Positions 1 through 10,564 of a DNA stretch of 64,000 bases are shown here, in pieces; position 1 is the first letter of the stretch, and each line of letters opens with the position of its first letter. Both the position numbers and the translations under genes were made by a program. Below the pieces are notes generated by a model, which was given only the letters and a program-made list of their open reading frames with translations, searched no databases and was not told the DNA's origin. This DNA comes from Candidatus Bathyarchaeia archaeon (GTDB lineage: Archaea; Thermoproteota; Bathyarchaeia; TCS64): assembly GCA_050014495.1 (NCBI GenBank), contig JBEKDF010000005.1, forward strand, positions 43,782-107,781, given 5' to 3'.

Positions 1-2
1 TC

Positions 3-236
3 TTTGTGGCCCTGCCCCTCTCCGCGATCCTCACAGGTATCTTCTGCTTTAGAAAGAAGATGAGATTTTACACTCTGTTGTCATTGGGGACAGCGGTCCT
101 CGCTGCGGTCATATGGATACTCCCTTGGTCTGCAGTAGCCATTCCCGAAGCACTTTCAGTGGCTTACCTTGGGGTCTGGCAGATTTTGCTAGGCTATTGG
201 ATGTATAAAAGAGTCGATGGTAAGTCAGAAGGATAG
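3..236 (+). CDS. C-terminal part of a membrane protein (possibly DUF998-like), 5'-truncated by the window
   Basis: Open frame from the window edge, three hydrophobic segments, AIPE motif before the last helix. Confidence 0.5.
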   Translation, partial: FVALPLSAILTGIFCFRKKMRFYTLLSLGTAVLAAVIWILPWSAVAIPEALSVAYLGVWQILLGYWMYKRVDGKSEG

Positions 237-276
237 CTCCTCATCCAGTTCATTATTTAGGTGCTCCCCTTGCATG

Positions 277-1611
277 TCATTGAACACCCAGTTTTCGCAT
301 AGTGATCAAGGCTACGGCCTTAGCGCACTCTACTATCTCATCAACGCTAACATTTTCGTCCTGGCCATGGCCATTGCTGTATGGGCCACCAACGCCGAAG
401 TTAACACACGGCATGTTACCATCCACAACCTGATAATTCATGTCGGTGCTGGCGAGGGTGCCGGTGAACGGGAGCTTATTACCGACCGCCTCCTGGATCA
501 AGACTTGGCATTCTAGTGCATAGGGGTCTGTGGCGGGAATGACGTAGCCCTCGCGGAAGTTGATAGTCTCAATCTCGTATTGGAGGTCCACGTCGGTAGC
601 CTTGACACCGTCTAGGACTGCCTTAAACTCGGCCTGCGTACCCTCGTAAGTCTCGCTTGGTATCATGCCACGTAGCACCTCCTCCTCGCATAGGTCGGGG
701 ACGGTGGCACCCTGTACTCCGCCTCTGATAGTACCTATATTCAACATCCCCGTGGGGCACTCGATGCCCTTCGCCCTAAGTCCCTCGCCAAAGTCGATAC
801 CTGGGGTTGGGTATTTGCGTTTTAGTAGGACATTCCACCAGTAGTCGTTTAGGGCGACGTTTAGTTTGCTCATCTTCTCGATTGCGTTGACGCCGAGAAT
901 GGGTATCTGGCCATGGTAACTCTTACCAATGGTACGTATGAGGAAACGGGTCCTACCCATGGCGCTGAGGCCGATACCCATCATGGAGCCGTCGAGCTGG
1001 ATGCCGAGGTCCGCCTTCACTATTCCCTCCTTTATTAGGTAGCCGAGACCAGCGACGCCACCTATCTCCTCGTCACAGTTCGCGGTGACAATGATGTTCC
1101 CCTTAAGCTTGACTCCCGCCTCCTTGATTGCTTCTAGAGCTAGAAGTAAGGCTGCGGTCTCGCCCTTATCGTCGCCGACACCGCGACCCCAGATGTAGCC
1201 CCCGCCTTTATCAAAGGCGCTCTTCCCATACTTGCTCGTCTTCGTTATTTCACCGCCGAGGGGGTCGATGGTCCAGCCCTGCTTCTGGATGGCTGCGGTA
1301 TCTGTGTGGGCGCTTATGTGGAGTGTTGGGCCTCCCCCTGTGCCATTGAGTCGGGCGACGAGGTTCGTCCGGGGTCCGTCTAAACCGATGTGCTTCGCAC
1401 CGCTCAGCCTCATGTACTTATCAGTTGCCTCGTGGAGCGATGTCGCGTATCCAAGGCTCCTGTACTTCTCCTCGAGTATCCCGCAGATTCTGTCGTAGTC
1501 GTGCCCTGGTGGGACCTGTGTATCGAATCTGAGTATCTGCTGGAGAAGCCTGACCATACGATCCCTCTCCCCCTCTATCGCGTGAAATACATCTGTCTCT
1601 TGCTTTTTCAT
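277..1611 (-). CDS. M20 family metallopeptidase/deacylase (ArgE/DapE-like)
   Basis: AHTD, GRGVGDDKG, DEEIG and C-terminal HGQDE metal/catalytic motifs. Confidence 0.9.
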   Translation of the reverse strand: MKKQETDVFHAIEGERDRMVRLLQQILRFDTQVPPGHDYDRICGILEEKYRSLGYATSLHEATDKYMRLSGAKHIGLDGPRTNLVARLNGTGGGPTLHISAHTDTAAIQKQGWTIDPLGGEITKTSKYGKSAFDKGGGYIWGRGVGDDKGETAALLLALEAIKEAGVKLKGNIIVTANCDEEIGGVAGLGYLIKEGIVKADLGIQLDGSMMGIGLSAMGRTRFLIRTIGKSYHGQIPILGVNAIEKMSKLNVALNDYWWNVLLKRKYPTPGIDFGEGLRAKGIECPTGMLNIGTIRGGVQGATVPDLCEEEVLRGMIPSETYEGTQAEFKAVLDGVKATDVDLQYEIETINFREGYVIPATDPYALECQVLIQEAVGNKLPFTGTLASTDMNYQVVDGNMPCVNFGVGGPYSNGHGQDENVSVDEIVECAKAVALITMRKLGVQ

Positions 1612-1816
1612 GGGAAATCTTCAGCGTTCTCGGTATGTAATATTTTGGCATGATTCTGACCTTTTAACTGGATCAATTCAATATCTTTAGGCTAAACCAC
1701 CGGGACATTCGGTGGAATGAAGCTCGCTGGGAAAAGGCCCTCACGCCTGTTACGATAAAGGGCAATTATGTTCAACAGGGAAAGGTCGCGCGCGCGAATT
1801 ATTTAAAATTGATGAG

Positions 1817-3172
1817 CTAAGGGTAGACCCTGCGCATGTCCCTAGGGAATGGTATCGTGTCCCTGATGTGCTCAAGTTTGAGCATCCATGTTAGGACACG
1901 CTCGACACCCAGGCCGAAGCCACTGTGTGGTACAGTCCCCCACTTCCTCAGCTCCATATACCACTTGTAGTCCTCAGGATTGAGGTTGTCATCCAGCACA
2001 CGTTGGAGAAGTTGATTGTAGTCATGTACGCGCTGCCCGCCTCCGATGATTTCGCCGTACCCCTCGGGGGCGAGTAGATCACCCGACTTCGTAGTGTCTG
2101 GCCTCGCGGGGTCGGGCATGTGATAGAAGGGCTTGATCCCCGTGGGGAACCCCGTAACCCAGAAAGGTAGGTCGAAGTGCTGCGTCAGTGGAGCCTCCTG
2201 CTGCCAGCCAAAGTCGTCTCCCCAGAGCATCTCGACACCATCCTTCTGCAGTATCTCCACCGCCTCATCGTACTTTATCCTCGGGAAGGGAGTCTCGATC
2301 TTTAGTAGGTCCTTGGGGTCCCTGCCTACTGCTTGTATCTCCTTGGGCATCTTCTCCGCGATGTGGTGGGCGATGTGGGTTACCAGCGCATCTCCGACCT
2401 TCATGATGCCATCATGGTCGGTCCACGGCTCTTCGACCTCCATGTGCCAGAACTCAGTAACGTGACGGCGGGTCCTACTAGGCTCGGCCCTGAAGCTCGG
2501 AGCTATCGTGTATATCTTGCCGAGGCTGCTTATCATCGCCTCCGCGTAGAGCTGCCAGCTCTGGCTCAGGTAGACATTCTTTTTATCGAAATACTTGACC
2601 TCGAAGAGGGTAGAGCCACCCTCACATGCGGCACTGGTAAAGCTGGGGCTATGAGTCTCTGTGTACCCGTTCTCCGCGAACCAAGTCCTCGCCGCCTTTA
2701 GGAACTCGGCCTTTATCTTAAAGATGGTCTGCAACTTCGGGTCCCTGATCTGAAGGTGCCTGTTATCTAGTAGGAACTCGAGGCCGTGCTCCTTCTTCGT
2801 TAGGGGGAAGTCTGGCTGAGCCTCGTAGACTGTGCCGAGGTTATTGACGAAGAGCTCGTAGCCACCCGGGGCGCGCTGGTCCACGCGGACCTGACCCCCC
2901 AGTTCGAGTGTTGACTCCATCGGGAGTCTCTCGAGATTATTGAAGGTGGCTTCGTCGACGTTCCTCTTGTTCACGGTGCACTGTAGTACACCTGTGCCGT
3001 CGCGTATCTGGAGAAAGACAAGGCCGCCACTACTCCTACTGTTGTATAACCATCCGCGGATCTGGACCTGCTTCTCATCATGCTTTCCGCCAAGTATCTT
3101 GGCTATGTCCACGAAACCGGTCATATTGACCGAAGAGGATGCTACGGCCCATATATTATAGTCTTCTCCCAC
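1817..3172 (-). CDS. asnS: Asparagine--tRNA ligase (start possibly ATG 3124)
   Basis: OB-fold N-terminus, YLSQSWQLY, FRAEPSRTRRH motif 2, GEIIGG, PHSGFGLGVER motif 3. Confidence 0.93.
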   Translation of the reverse strand: MGEDYNIWAVASSSVNMTGFVDIAKILGGKHDEKQVQIRGWLYNSRSSGGLVFLQIRDGTGVLQCTVNKRNVDEATFNNLERLPMESTLELGGQVRVDQRAPGGYELFVNNLGTVYEAQPDFPLTKKEHGLEFLLDNRHLQIRDPKLQTIFKIKAEFLKAARTWFAENGYTETHSPSFTSAACEGGSTLFEVKYFDKKNVYLSQSWQLYAEAMISSLGKIYTIAPSFRAEPSRTRRHVTEFWHMEVEEPWTDHDGIMKVGDALVTHIAHHIAEKMPKEIQAVGRDPKDLLKIETPFPRIKYDEAVEILQKDGVEMLWGDDFGWQQEAPLTQHFDLPFWVTGFPTGIKPFYHMPDPARPDTTKSGDLLAPEGYGEIIGGGQRVHDYNQLLQRVLDDNLNPEDYKWYMELRKWGTVPHSGFGLGVERVLTWMLKLEHIRDTIPFPRDMRRVYP

Positions 3173-3238
3173 CCCATTGTAATTTTTACAGGTTCCAGGG
3201 AATAGAAATAAAGGAGTTGAGTGGGAGGGTTTTGCTTA

Positions 3239-3754
3239 ATGAGGATACTTGCATTGATCGGGAGCCCCCGTCGGGGAGGGAACAGTGACCTACTCGTAGA
3301 CGCTGCCCTAAGGGAGGCTGCGAAGCGTGGGCACCAGGGTGAGAAGCTCTACCTCTACGAATACGAAATGAAGCCCTGCGTTGACTGCCGCGCCTGCAAG
3401 CAGGAGGAGATGATATGCGTGTTAAAGGACGACCTACCCAAAATCTACAAGAGGATAGACGCCGCTGACGCCCTCGTTCTCGCCACCCCAATCTACTGGT
3501 ACGGCTCAACAGCCCAGATGAAATTACTAATCGATAGACTACGCCCATACATCGTTAACCGCCGCCTCGAGGGAAAGAAAGCCTACCTTATCGCTCCCTC
3601 CGAGGAGGGGCCAAGCGCTTGCGGGCCTCTGGTTGACAGTCTAAAGATGAGTTTCAATGCCGGGGAGGCGCTAGTAACTGCCAACGAGAAGGGTGAGGTT
3701 GCGAAGAAGCCGGAAGAGCTAGAGAAGGCGCGCGGCCTCCTTTCGGGACTCTAG
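3239..3754 (+). CDS. Iron-sulfur flavoprotein/flavodoxin family protein
   Basis: GSPRRGGNS FMN loop, CxxCxxC-x5-C, TPIYWY. Confidence 0.88.
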   Translation: MRILALIGSPRRGGNSDLLVDAALREAAKRGHQGEKLYLYEYEMKPCVDCRACKQEEMICVLKDDLPKIYKRIDAADALVLATPIYWYGSTAQMKLLIDRLRPYIVNRRLEGKKAYLIAPSEEGPSACGPLVDSLKMSFNAGEALVTANEKGEVAKKPEELEKARGLLSGL

Positions 3755-6315
3755 CGTGTAAAGAATGCTCCGAGCCCCGTTTGTCGTGGGCGCCCGACGA
3801 GTTCGTCGAAGCTCATGTCGAGGGCGTCGAGCACCTGTTCGAAGGTACCCTCGAGGTACTCCTCCATCTTGCCTATGTCAACGTCCTTCTTGCTCGCAAT
3901 CTGCACGGGTTTGACTCCATCTTTCGTGACTACGTAACTGATTATGTCCCCTTCCTTAAGCTCGTAGCCCTGCTCCTCGAGCATCCTACCCGCCCTGACG
4001 TGCTGGGGCGTTGTGTCGTAGCCTGCGAGGCCCTTTCCGAGCATCATGCTGAAGGCGACCTCCTCTATGTCAAACTCACGGTTCTTGAGGCGGTGGTTGA
4101 TGGTAGTAACGAGGTTCCTGATCTCCTCCTTAGCGAGGGGGAACTCTTCGGGACCCTCGACGTTGCTGAGGATATTAGTGAGTTTGATGAAAGCATCCTT
4201 AAGTATTGGTGGAATGTGGCGCTTCTTCCCCGTTAGTCCCTTTATATCGAGTTTACCGTCGGGGTAGACACCGAGGTAGTTCTTCTTCCTGCTGCTGAAT
4301 ATCGCATATCGGTACTGTTTGTCGACGTCGAGGTCGATACCAAGTTCCGCGTCTGCCCAGCCAACGAGGCCTTCGATCTGCTCTTTCGACGGCTTCTCTA
4401 GAAAGACTGAATCCGTGTCGCCATAGATGACCTCTATGCCAAGTTGTTGACTCTTGTCGACCGCCTTGGTCATCGCATAGCGACCGACGGCGGCGGTGCT
4501 CTCCGCCAGCGGGGGGCAGTAAAGGGGGAAGCTCTCGGAACCGAAGACCCCATAGCTGGCATTAAGGAAGACCTTGAGAGCCTGTGTGACGACGTCGTAA
4601 TACTGTCGCTCCTCGACGCTGAGGGTCTTATCCTTACTGAGGGGCTTATACCACTGGACCCTTAGGTCGCGTAGGCTACCAATAATGAGGCTCGTCATCC
4701 CGCGATTCTTCTTGCAGACCCAATGGGGGGTGCCGGGGACAAGGTTGTCCCTGCACTCTGGGTGGTTGCAGAGGATGGTGTCGTAGCTTAGGTTCCAGTT
4801 CCTGATGGCGCTGGGGTAAAGGCTGGCGAAGTCGCAGACGACGACACCGAAGTGTACGCCGGGTTTGGGGTCCCTAACTATTGCTCCCTGGTACTTCTTG
4901 CCCTTAATTATGCTAGTGGTGCTCGTCTGCCCCTTAACGTCTAGGATATCTTGGGTGTTGGGGATGAGCCAGCCTCGCCTACGATGTTCCCACTCCATGA
5001 GAGATAGTATCCACCGGCTCACACCGTTTCGTGTGACATCCTCCATTATCATTTTGCTGATTCGTGTGAGTAGAACTATAAGATTCATGGCGAGGTCGTG
5101 GTTGAAGGCGGTTAGCTGGTAGGTGAGGTCAGCATCATTTAGGCAGTACTGGGCAAGGTCCTGTATGTTCGCTGTCGTGATGTCTCCAATCTGAAGCTTT
5201 TCCATGTTGAGGAGGTTCTTGGATATCTCATTAAGTGTGTTTTCCCTGTAGCGGTTTCCGAAGGCGTAGCCCTGTATGCTCCTGTTCATGAAGAATTTGT
5301 AGAGATCGAGGTGGACGCCATTTCTGAGGAAGGCGAATCTTCGTCCCATGACTATGGGGTTCTCGGAGTCGGGGATACCGAGGTTCTTCGCCCTGTTACG
5401 CATGTAACGGAAGTCGAAGTCGTCGCCGTTGAACGTGAGGACGACGGGGTACTCGTCGAGGATCTGGAATGTCTCCCTGATTATGTCACGCTCGTCAGTG
5501 TAGACTTTGACTTCCGCGCCAAGGACGACGGGTGTGGGAACGTCATGGTCAGTGTCATTAAGGACGATTATCCTGCGGAAGCCATCGCTGGCTGAAAATC
5601 CTACGGCTGTGATTGGTTCCTGTGCCTCATTGGCATTAGGAAGCCTGTTCTGGACACTTGGACGGACCTCGATGTCGATCGCGACGCGCCGCAGCTTGGG
5701 AACTGGGCATTGTAGGAGGCGGGTCCACTCCTTCATGTTACCCCTGAACTCGGGCTCAATTTTCTCTAGGATATTGTCAATCTTCGCTTCCGTCTCCATA
5801 TCGAGGGTGTAACCGGCATCGACTAGGTTGCCGTTCTCGATCCTGTATGGCATTCCGGTGATGAGTTCGCGGTCGTAGATGTAGCACTGGTAGTACCTGA
5901 TTCGACTCTCCCAGCTGTCCCCAATGATACTCCTTATAGGTTGACCCCTGCCACCGCCTATGCTGAGAGGGTCCTTAGCGACGACCTTCGTAACCTTGAT
6001 CTCCTGGTCTGCGAGTGAGTCATGTTTGGGGACCTCCTCCATGAAGAAGTAGCCCTCGTGGCGGAGTAGGCGCTGGTTCTTCTCAAGCTCCTTGATAGGC
6101 TCCCTGCTTAAGCAGTATGGGAGGTGGCTCGTGTTATCGTACCAGAGGTAGACCTGCTGGCTCACGGGCTCGTAAAGTCGTAGGTACGCCTTCTGCTCCT
6201 CGCCATCGTAGCCAGCGCTGAGGAGATAGCTTGTGGGAAGGTTGTCAGGAGCAATCCGTCCCTTTGGTCTAATCTCCTCCTCGCTCTCGTCCATGATGAA
6301 GTCAGGAGCAGCCAT
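3751..6315 (-). CDS. polB1: Family B DNA polymerase (PolB1 type) with C-terminal PIP box
   Basis: DIE exonuclease motif, DFASLYPS, KVFLNASYG, YGDTDS; ends QTGLGAFF; no intein. Confidence 0.95.
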   Translation of the reverse strand: MAAPDFIMDESEEEIRPKGRIAPDNLPTSYLLSAGYDGEEQKAYLRLYEPVSQQVYLWYDNTSHLPYCLSREPIKELEKNQRLLRHEGYFFMEEVPKHDSLADQEIKVTKVVAKDPLSIGGGRGQPIRSIIGDSWESRIRYYQCYIYDRELITGMPYRIENGNLVDAGYTLDMETEAKIDNILEKIEPEFRGNMKEWTRLLQCPVPKLRRVAIDIEVRPSVQNRLPNANEAQEPITAVGFSASDGFRRIIVLNDTDHDVPTPVVLGAEVKVYTDERDIIRETFQILDEYPVVLTFNGDDFDFRYMRNRAKNLGIPDSENPIVMGRRFAFLRNGVHLDLYKFFMNRSIQGYAFGNRYRENTLNEISKNLLNMEKLQIGDITTANIQDLAQYCLNDADLTYQLTAFNHDLAMNLIVLLTRISKMIMEDVTRNGVSRWILSLMEWEHRRRGWLIPNTQDILDVKGQTSTTSIIKGKKYQGAIVRDPKPGVHFGVVVCDFASLYPSAIRNWNLSYDTILCNHPECRDNLVPGTPHWVCKKNRGMTSLIIGSLRDLRVQWYKPLSKDKTLSVEERQYYDVVTQALKVFLNASYGVFGSESFPLYCPPLAESTAAVGRYAMTKAVDKSQQLGIEVIYGDTDSVFLEKPSKEQIEGLVGWADAELGIDLDVDKQYRYAIFSSRKKNYLGVYPDGKLDIKGLTGKKRHIPPILKDAFIKLTNILSNVEGPEEFPLAKEEIRNLVTTINHRLKNREFDIEEVAFSMMLGKGLAGYDTTPQHVRAGRMLEEQGYELKEGDIISYVVTKDGVKPVQIASKKDVDIGKMEEYLEGTFEQVLDALDMSFDELVGRPRQTGLGAFFTR

Positions 6316-6347
6316 CGCGTAGACTTCGACTCGCTGGGATATATGGA

Positions 6348-7244
6348 CTATGAGGGGGAGCCACGGCGAGCTCTCTCAGCCAAGTAGAGGGTCTCGAGAA
6401 CGATGTAGGCTGCTTGGATCGCGGTTAAACCCGAATCGTAATTGGGGGAGACCTCGCTCAAATCAAATCCGACGAGGTGTTCATCGACGGCGGTAGCAAT
6501 CATGTCGAGTAGCTGGGTTACCCCGATGCCTTCTGGGCTGGGGTTGCCAACGGCGGGAGCCTCAGCGGGGTCGACTGCATCCATGTCGATGCTTAGATAG
6601 ACTGACTCAACTCCTTCGAGGGCTTCCTTGATCATTTCTTGGACGGGTTCGATACCAAACCGCTTTACGTCTTGCGCCGTGACGACGGTGACACACTTCT
6701 CCTTGGCGTATTCAATCTCCTCCGCAGAGAGGGCGCGTGCTGCGACGATTACGAGCTTAAATCCCTGCTCCTCATATGCCCTGCGTAGATAAGTAGCGTG
6801 ACATAGGCGCTCGTCAAAGAGGGTGTCCCTGAGATCGAGATGGGCGTCGAAAACTATGACCATGGCAGGGCAGAGGGCGCGTAAAGCGCCGAGTGTGATC
6901 GTGTGTTCACCTCCGAGCATGACTGGTAGCTTACCCGAACCCTTGATCTCTTCTACGAGCCTCCTGATTTTTTCTACGGTGGGCCCAACCTCCTCTACCT
7001 CGGCGATGTCGCCTATGTCGACGAGTTTGAGGTCCTCCCAGTCGAGGCCCGTCCTTACGCTGTAGCTCTCCATGTATTGGCTTACCTCCCTGATTGCGTT
7101 GGGGGCGAACCTGCTGCCGCTCCGGTAAGAGGCGGTCCGGTCCAGTGGTGCCCCGAAGAGTAAGTAGTCAGCATCCTCGGGTTCGCCTGACTTCTCGAAG
7201 AAAAGCTCGGGAACAGGATTCAGCAACTCGTCAAATATCTTCAT
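6348..7244 (-). CDS. speB: Agmatinase (ureohydrolase)
   Basis: GGEHT, DAHLD, SIDMDAVDP, EVSP motifs; ATG 7244 overlaps the upstream stop. Confidence 0.88.
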   Translation of the reverse strand: MKIFDELLNPVPELFFEKSGEPEDADYLLFGAPLDRTASYRSGSRFAPNAIREVSQYMESYSVRTGLDWEDLKLVDIGDIAEVEEVGPTVEKIRRLVEEIKGSGKLPVMLGGEHTITLGALRALCPAMVIVFDAHLDLRDTLFDERLCHATYLRRAYEEQGFKLVIVAARALSAEEIEYAKEKCVTVVTAQDVKRFGIEPVQEMIKEALEGVESVYLSIDMDAVDPAEAPAVGNPSPEGIGVTQLLDMIATAVDEHLVGFDLSEVSPNYDSGLTAIQAAYIVLETLYLAERARRGSPS

Positions 7245-7807
7245 ATCTGTACCTCCTTCCATCGGTAGCACTTGGTTAGATGGTCGTTTACGAGACCAGC
7301 TGCTTGCATGTAGGCATAACAGATGGTTGGGCCAATGAAGGTGAAACCCCGCTTCCTAAGGTCCTTGCTCATTGCGCGGCTCTCCTCAGTCTCCACGGGC
7401 ATATCCTTGAAGATGGTAAATGTGTTGACTTTCTGCTTGCCGCCGACGAAGCTCCAGATATACCTATCGAAGGAACCGAACTCCTTCTGGACCTCAAGTA
7501 AAGCGCGGGCATTCTTTACAGCTGCCTCGATCTTCCTACGGTTACGGATGATGCCGGGGTGATTCATGATTCTCTCTGTGTCTGCGTCCGTGTAGGCGGC
7601 GACCCTCTTAGGATCGAAGTTGTGGAAGGCCTCGCGGTAGGCTTCGCGCCTGTATAGGACGGTGCGCCAGCTGAGTCCCGCCTGGACGCCTTCGAGGACT
7701 ATAAACTCAAGGTGGAGCCGGTCGTCGTGGATTTGTACTCCCCACTCCCCGTTGTGGTAGGCCGTCATTAGTGGGTCGTTTGTGCCCCAGCCGCAAGTCT
7801 CCTTCAT
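7241..7807 (-). CDS. tag: DNA-3-methyladenine glycosylase I
   Basis: CGW..YH..EWG, LEGxQAGLSW, IIRNRRKI, GLVNDHLxxC. Confidence 0.92.
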   Translation of the reverse strand: MKETCGWGTNDPLMTAYHNGEWGVQIHDDRLHLEFIVLEGVQAGLSWRTVLYRREAYREAFHNFDPKRVAAYTDADTERIMNHPGIIRNRRKIEAAVKNARALLEVQKEFGSFDRYIWSFVGGKQKVNTFTIFKDMPVETEESRAMSKDLRKRGFTFIGPTICYAYMQAAGLVNDHLTKCYRWKEVQI

Positions 7808-7899
7808 GGGTTGAGCGAGGGGCGGTGGTCTCAAAAGGTTTACGAAAACTCACATCAATACTCTTAAATATATCGTTGTGATAAGCTTCTCAGATTATA

Positions 7900-8697
7900 A
7901 TGGCAAGCGCGAAGGAGATCAAGGAAGCAGTAAAGAAGAGATACACAGCAATAGCTGAGTCGAGCAGCAACGGGTCCGGAAGCGGTTGTGGCTGCGGCAG
8001 CGACGTGGATAGCGGGAGCTGCTGCGGAGGAGGCGTCAACCCTAAGCAAGCAGCGGCGATGATCGGGTACAACGTCAAGGAGCTTGATGAGATCCCACAG
8101 GAAGCAATACTCGGCCTAGGATGCGGGTCCCCAGTAGCCTACGTCGGGCTCAAGCCGGGGGAGACCATTCTTGACCTCGGTTCAGGTGGTGGCATAGACG
8201 TTTTCCTAGCCGCCAAGAAGGTCGGCGCTAAGGGCAAAGTCCTCGGCGTCGACATGAACGAGGCGATGATAAAGAGGGCGAGGGAGGCAGCGGAGGAGTA
8301 TGGCTTCAAGAACGTCGAGTTCCGCCTCGGAGAGATCGAGGAGATGCCCATCGAGGATAGCACTGTAGACGCGATAATCAGCAACTGCGTAATCAACCTC
8401 AGCCCGGATAAGCCGCAGGTCTTCCGCGAGGCCTACCGCGTACTCAAGCCCGGCGGCAGGATAACGGTCAGCGACATAGTCACAGAGGGCAGGATTCCCG
8501 AGGAGATCAGGCGCGACCTTGATTCGTGGGCGAGCTGCGTTTCAGGCGCTCTCCCCCAGGAGGAGTACCTCAAGGATATAGAGGCTGCCGGCTTCAAGAA
8601 ACCCAAGATACTTTTGGAGTCGTACTACGACACCAGTGAATATGATGTAGGCTTCAAGGTCAAAAGCATCACAGTTGAAGCCTACAAGGCAAAGTAA
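7900..8697 (+). CDS. arsM: Arsenite S-adenosylmethyltransferase
   Basis: LGCGSP, LDLGSGGGID, ISNCVINL, WASCVSGA. Confidence 0.88.
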   Translation: MASAKEIKEAVKKRYTAIAESSSNGSGSGCGCGSDVDSGSCCGGGVNPKQAAAMIGYNVKELDEIPQEAILGLGCGSPVAYVGLKPGETILDLGSGGGIDVFLAAKKVGAKGKVLGVDMNEAMIKRAREAAEEYGFKNVEFRLGEIEEMPIEDSTVDAIISNCVINLSPDKPQVFREAYRVLKPGGRITVSDIVTEGRIPEEIRRDLDSWASCVSGALPQEEYLKDIEAAGFKKPKILLESYYDTSEYDVGFKVKSITVEAYKAK

Positions 8698-8720
8698 TAA
8701 ATTCGTTATCTATTGCTACA

Positions 8721-10511
8721 TTATCCGGAATAGTAGTAGCGTTTGGCATCCTTTTGCTCCCGGTCGAGTCTGCTCCCCGGCTTGTTGACGCGTGGCCTCT
8801 TAGTGTCAGCGTCGCGGCGGAAAGTTACCCCCATCTGCTCGAGGAAGGTGTTCATCCCATCCTCGAGGCTGAGTGGTTGGCCCGCATGACCCCTCCGCCC
8901 TGCCTCACCCGTGAAGACCATGAGCTTATCTGCGATGAAATCCTGCGTGACTATGTCGTGCTCTACCACAAAAGCGGTTACGCCCCTCATCTTCGTGATG
9001 CGGCGTACAGCTCGAGCCACCGCCAGGCGCTCCTCCACGTCTAGGTAGGCACTCGGTTCGTCGAGGAGATAGATGTCGGCGTTCCTGCTAAGGCACTCAG
9101 CGATAGCGACGCGTTGAAGTTCCCCACCACTTAGGACCTTGACGTCCCTCTCCAGCATCCGTTTAACATGGAGGGGGTCTAACACCTCTGCGGTAAACCA
9201 CTGCTCCCCATACTTTTCCCCCGCTGCTTTCCTAAGCACCTGCTCGACGGTGCCAGGCACACTACTCTGGCTAATGTACTGGGGTTTGTAACTCACCTTA
9301 AGGGTCGGGTTGTTGACCGAACCTTCGTCGGGCTGTTCCAGCCCTGCAAGCATCTTGATGAACGTCGTCTTCCCGATCCCGTTCATACCGAGGATGCCAA
9401 CGACCTCCCCGATCCCTATTTTTCCCTCCTCCACGTCGAGACTGAAGCCATTATAGCGCTTCTTCAACTCGCTCCACTGGAGGAGAGTGCGTGCCCTCGT
9501 CCTGTCGACGTTCGGAGGCTTGTCATGGAAAATGATCGGGGTCTCCCTGAAGCGGATATTCTCGTCGGGGATATAGCCGTTTATGTAGATGTTTATGCCC
9601 TCACGGACGGTATGGATGTGGCTCACGATGCCGTAGACATCGGGTTCACCGTAAAGAAGAAAGACATCGTCGCTCATATAGTCGAGAACGGCGAGGTCGT
9701 GCTCCGCGGCGACAACCATCTTATCCGCGTCAACTAGGCCACGTATGACACGGGCCGCCTTTGTGCGCTGGTAGATGTCCAGGTGGCCGCTTGGCTCGTC
9801 GAATAGATAGACCTTGGCATCTCTGAGAACCGCTGTGGCTATTGCGACGCGCTGAAGCTCACCTCCCGAGAGGATGTCGAGTGGCCTGTCCATCAAGTTT
9901 TCGAGCTCAAGCTCCTTCGCAACCTGATCCATAACGCCCCGCTGGTCGAACCTCTTCATTACTTCGCCCACGGTGCCCTTGACTATCTTCGGAATCCTAT
10001 CGACATACTGGGGCTTTAGCACCACTTGCATGCGCCCACCATAGAGGGCGTCGAGGTAGTCGTACATGGGCTGTCCAGCATAGTTTTCCTCAACCTGCTC
10101 CTTAGTGGGAGGCTCCATGTAGTTACCTAAGTTTGGCACAAGTTCCCCGCTGAGGATGCGGAGGATTGTTGACTTGCCTATCCCGTTGCGGCCGAGGAGG
10201 CCGACGACACTCCCCTGCTTCAGTGTTGGGAGCCTGTAAAGGGTGAAAGCGTTTGGGCCGAAGCGGTGGGTGTGATCGGTCTTCAGTTCATCCGGGAGGT
10301 TGACTATCCGAAGAGCATCGAATGGGCACTTCTTTACACAAATACCGCAACCGCTGCAGATCATCTCCGCTACGTAAGCCTTACCATCATCGCCAATGCG
10401 AATCGCCTCCCTCCGAGTACGTACCATTGGGCAGAACCTTATGCAGACGAGGTCACACTTCTCCGGCTTGCAACGCTCCTTATCGACGACGGCGACTCTC
10501 AACACTGGCAC
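8721..10511 (-). CDS. rli: Ribosome recycling ATPase ABCE1/RLI
   Basis: N-terminal 2x[4Fe-4S] Cys motifs and two ABC domains (GRNGIGKS, GMNGIGKT, LSGGELQ twice). Confidence 0.96.
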   Translation of the reverse strand: MPVLRVAVVDKERCKPEKCDLVCIRFCPMVRTRREAIRIGDDGKAYVAEMICSGCGICVKKCPFDALRIVNLPDELKTDHTHRFGPNAFTLYRLPTLKQGSVVGLLGRNGIGKSTILRILSGELVPNLGNYMEPPTKEQVEENYAGQPMYDYLDALYGGRMQVVLKPQYVDRIPKIVKGTVGEVMKRFDQRGVMDQVAKELELENLMDRPLDILSGGELQRVAIATAVLRDAKVYLFDEPSGHLDIYQRTKAARVIRGLVDADKMVVAAEHDLAVLDYMSDDVFLLYGEPDVYGIVSHIHTVREGINIYINGYIPDENIRFRETPIIFHDKPPNVDRTRARTLLQWSELKKRYNGFSLDVEEGKIGIGEVVGILGMNGIGKTTFIKMLAGLEQPDEGSVNNPTLKVSYKPQYISQSSVPGTVEQVLRKAAGEKYGEQWFTAEVLDPLHVKRMLERDVKVLSGGELQRVAIAECLSRNADIYLLDEPSAYLDVEERLAVARAVRRITKMRGVTAFVVEHDIVTQDFIADKLMVFTGEAGRRGHAGQPLSLEDGMNTFLEQMGVTFRRDADTKRPRVNKPGSRLDREQKDAKRYYYSG

Positions 10512-10564
10512 CCAGTTGTCGATTATTGATGGAGCCCCTTATTTAAGCAGTAATCAACGGAGAG

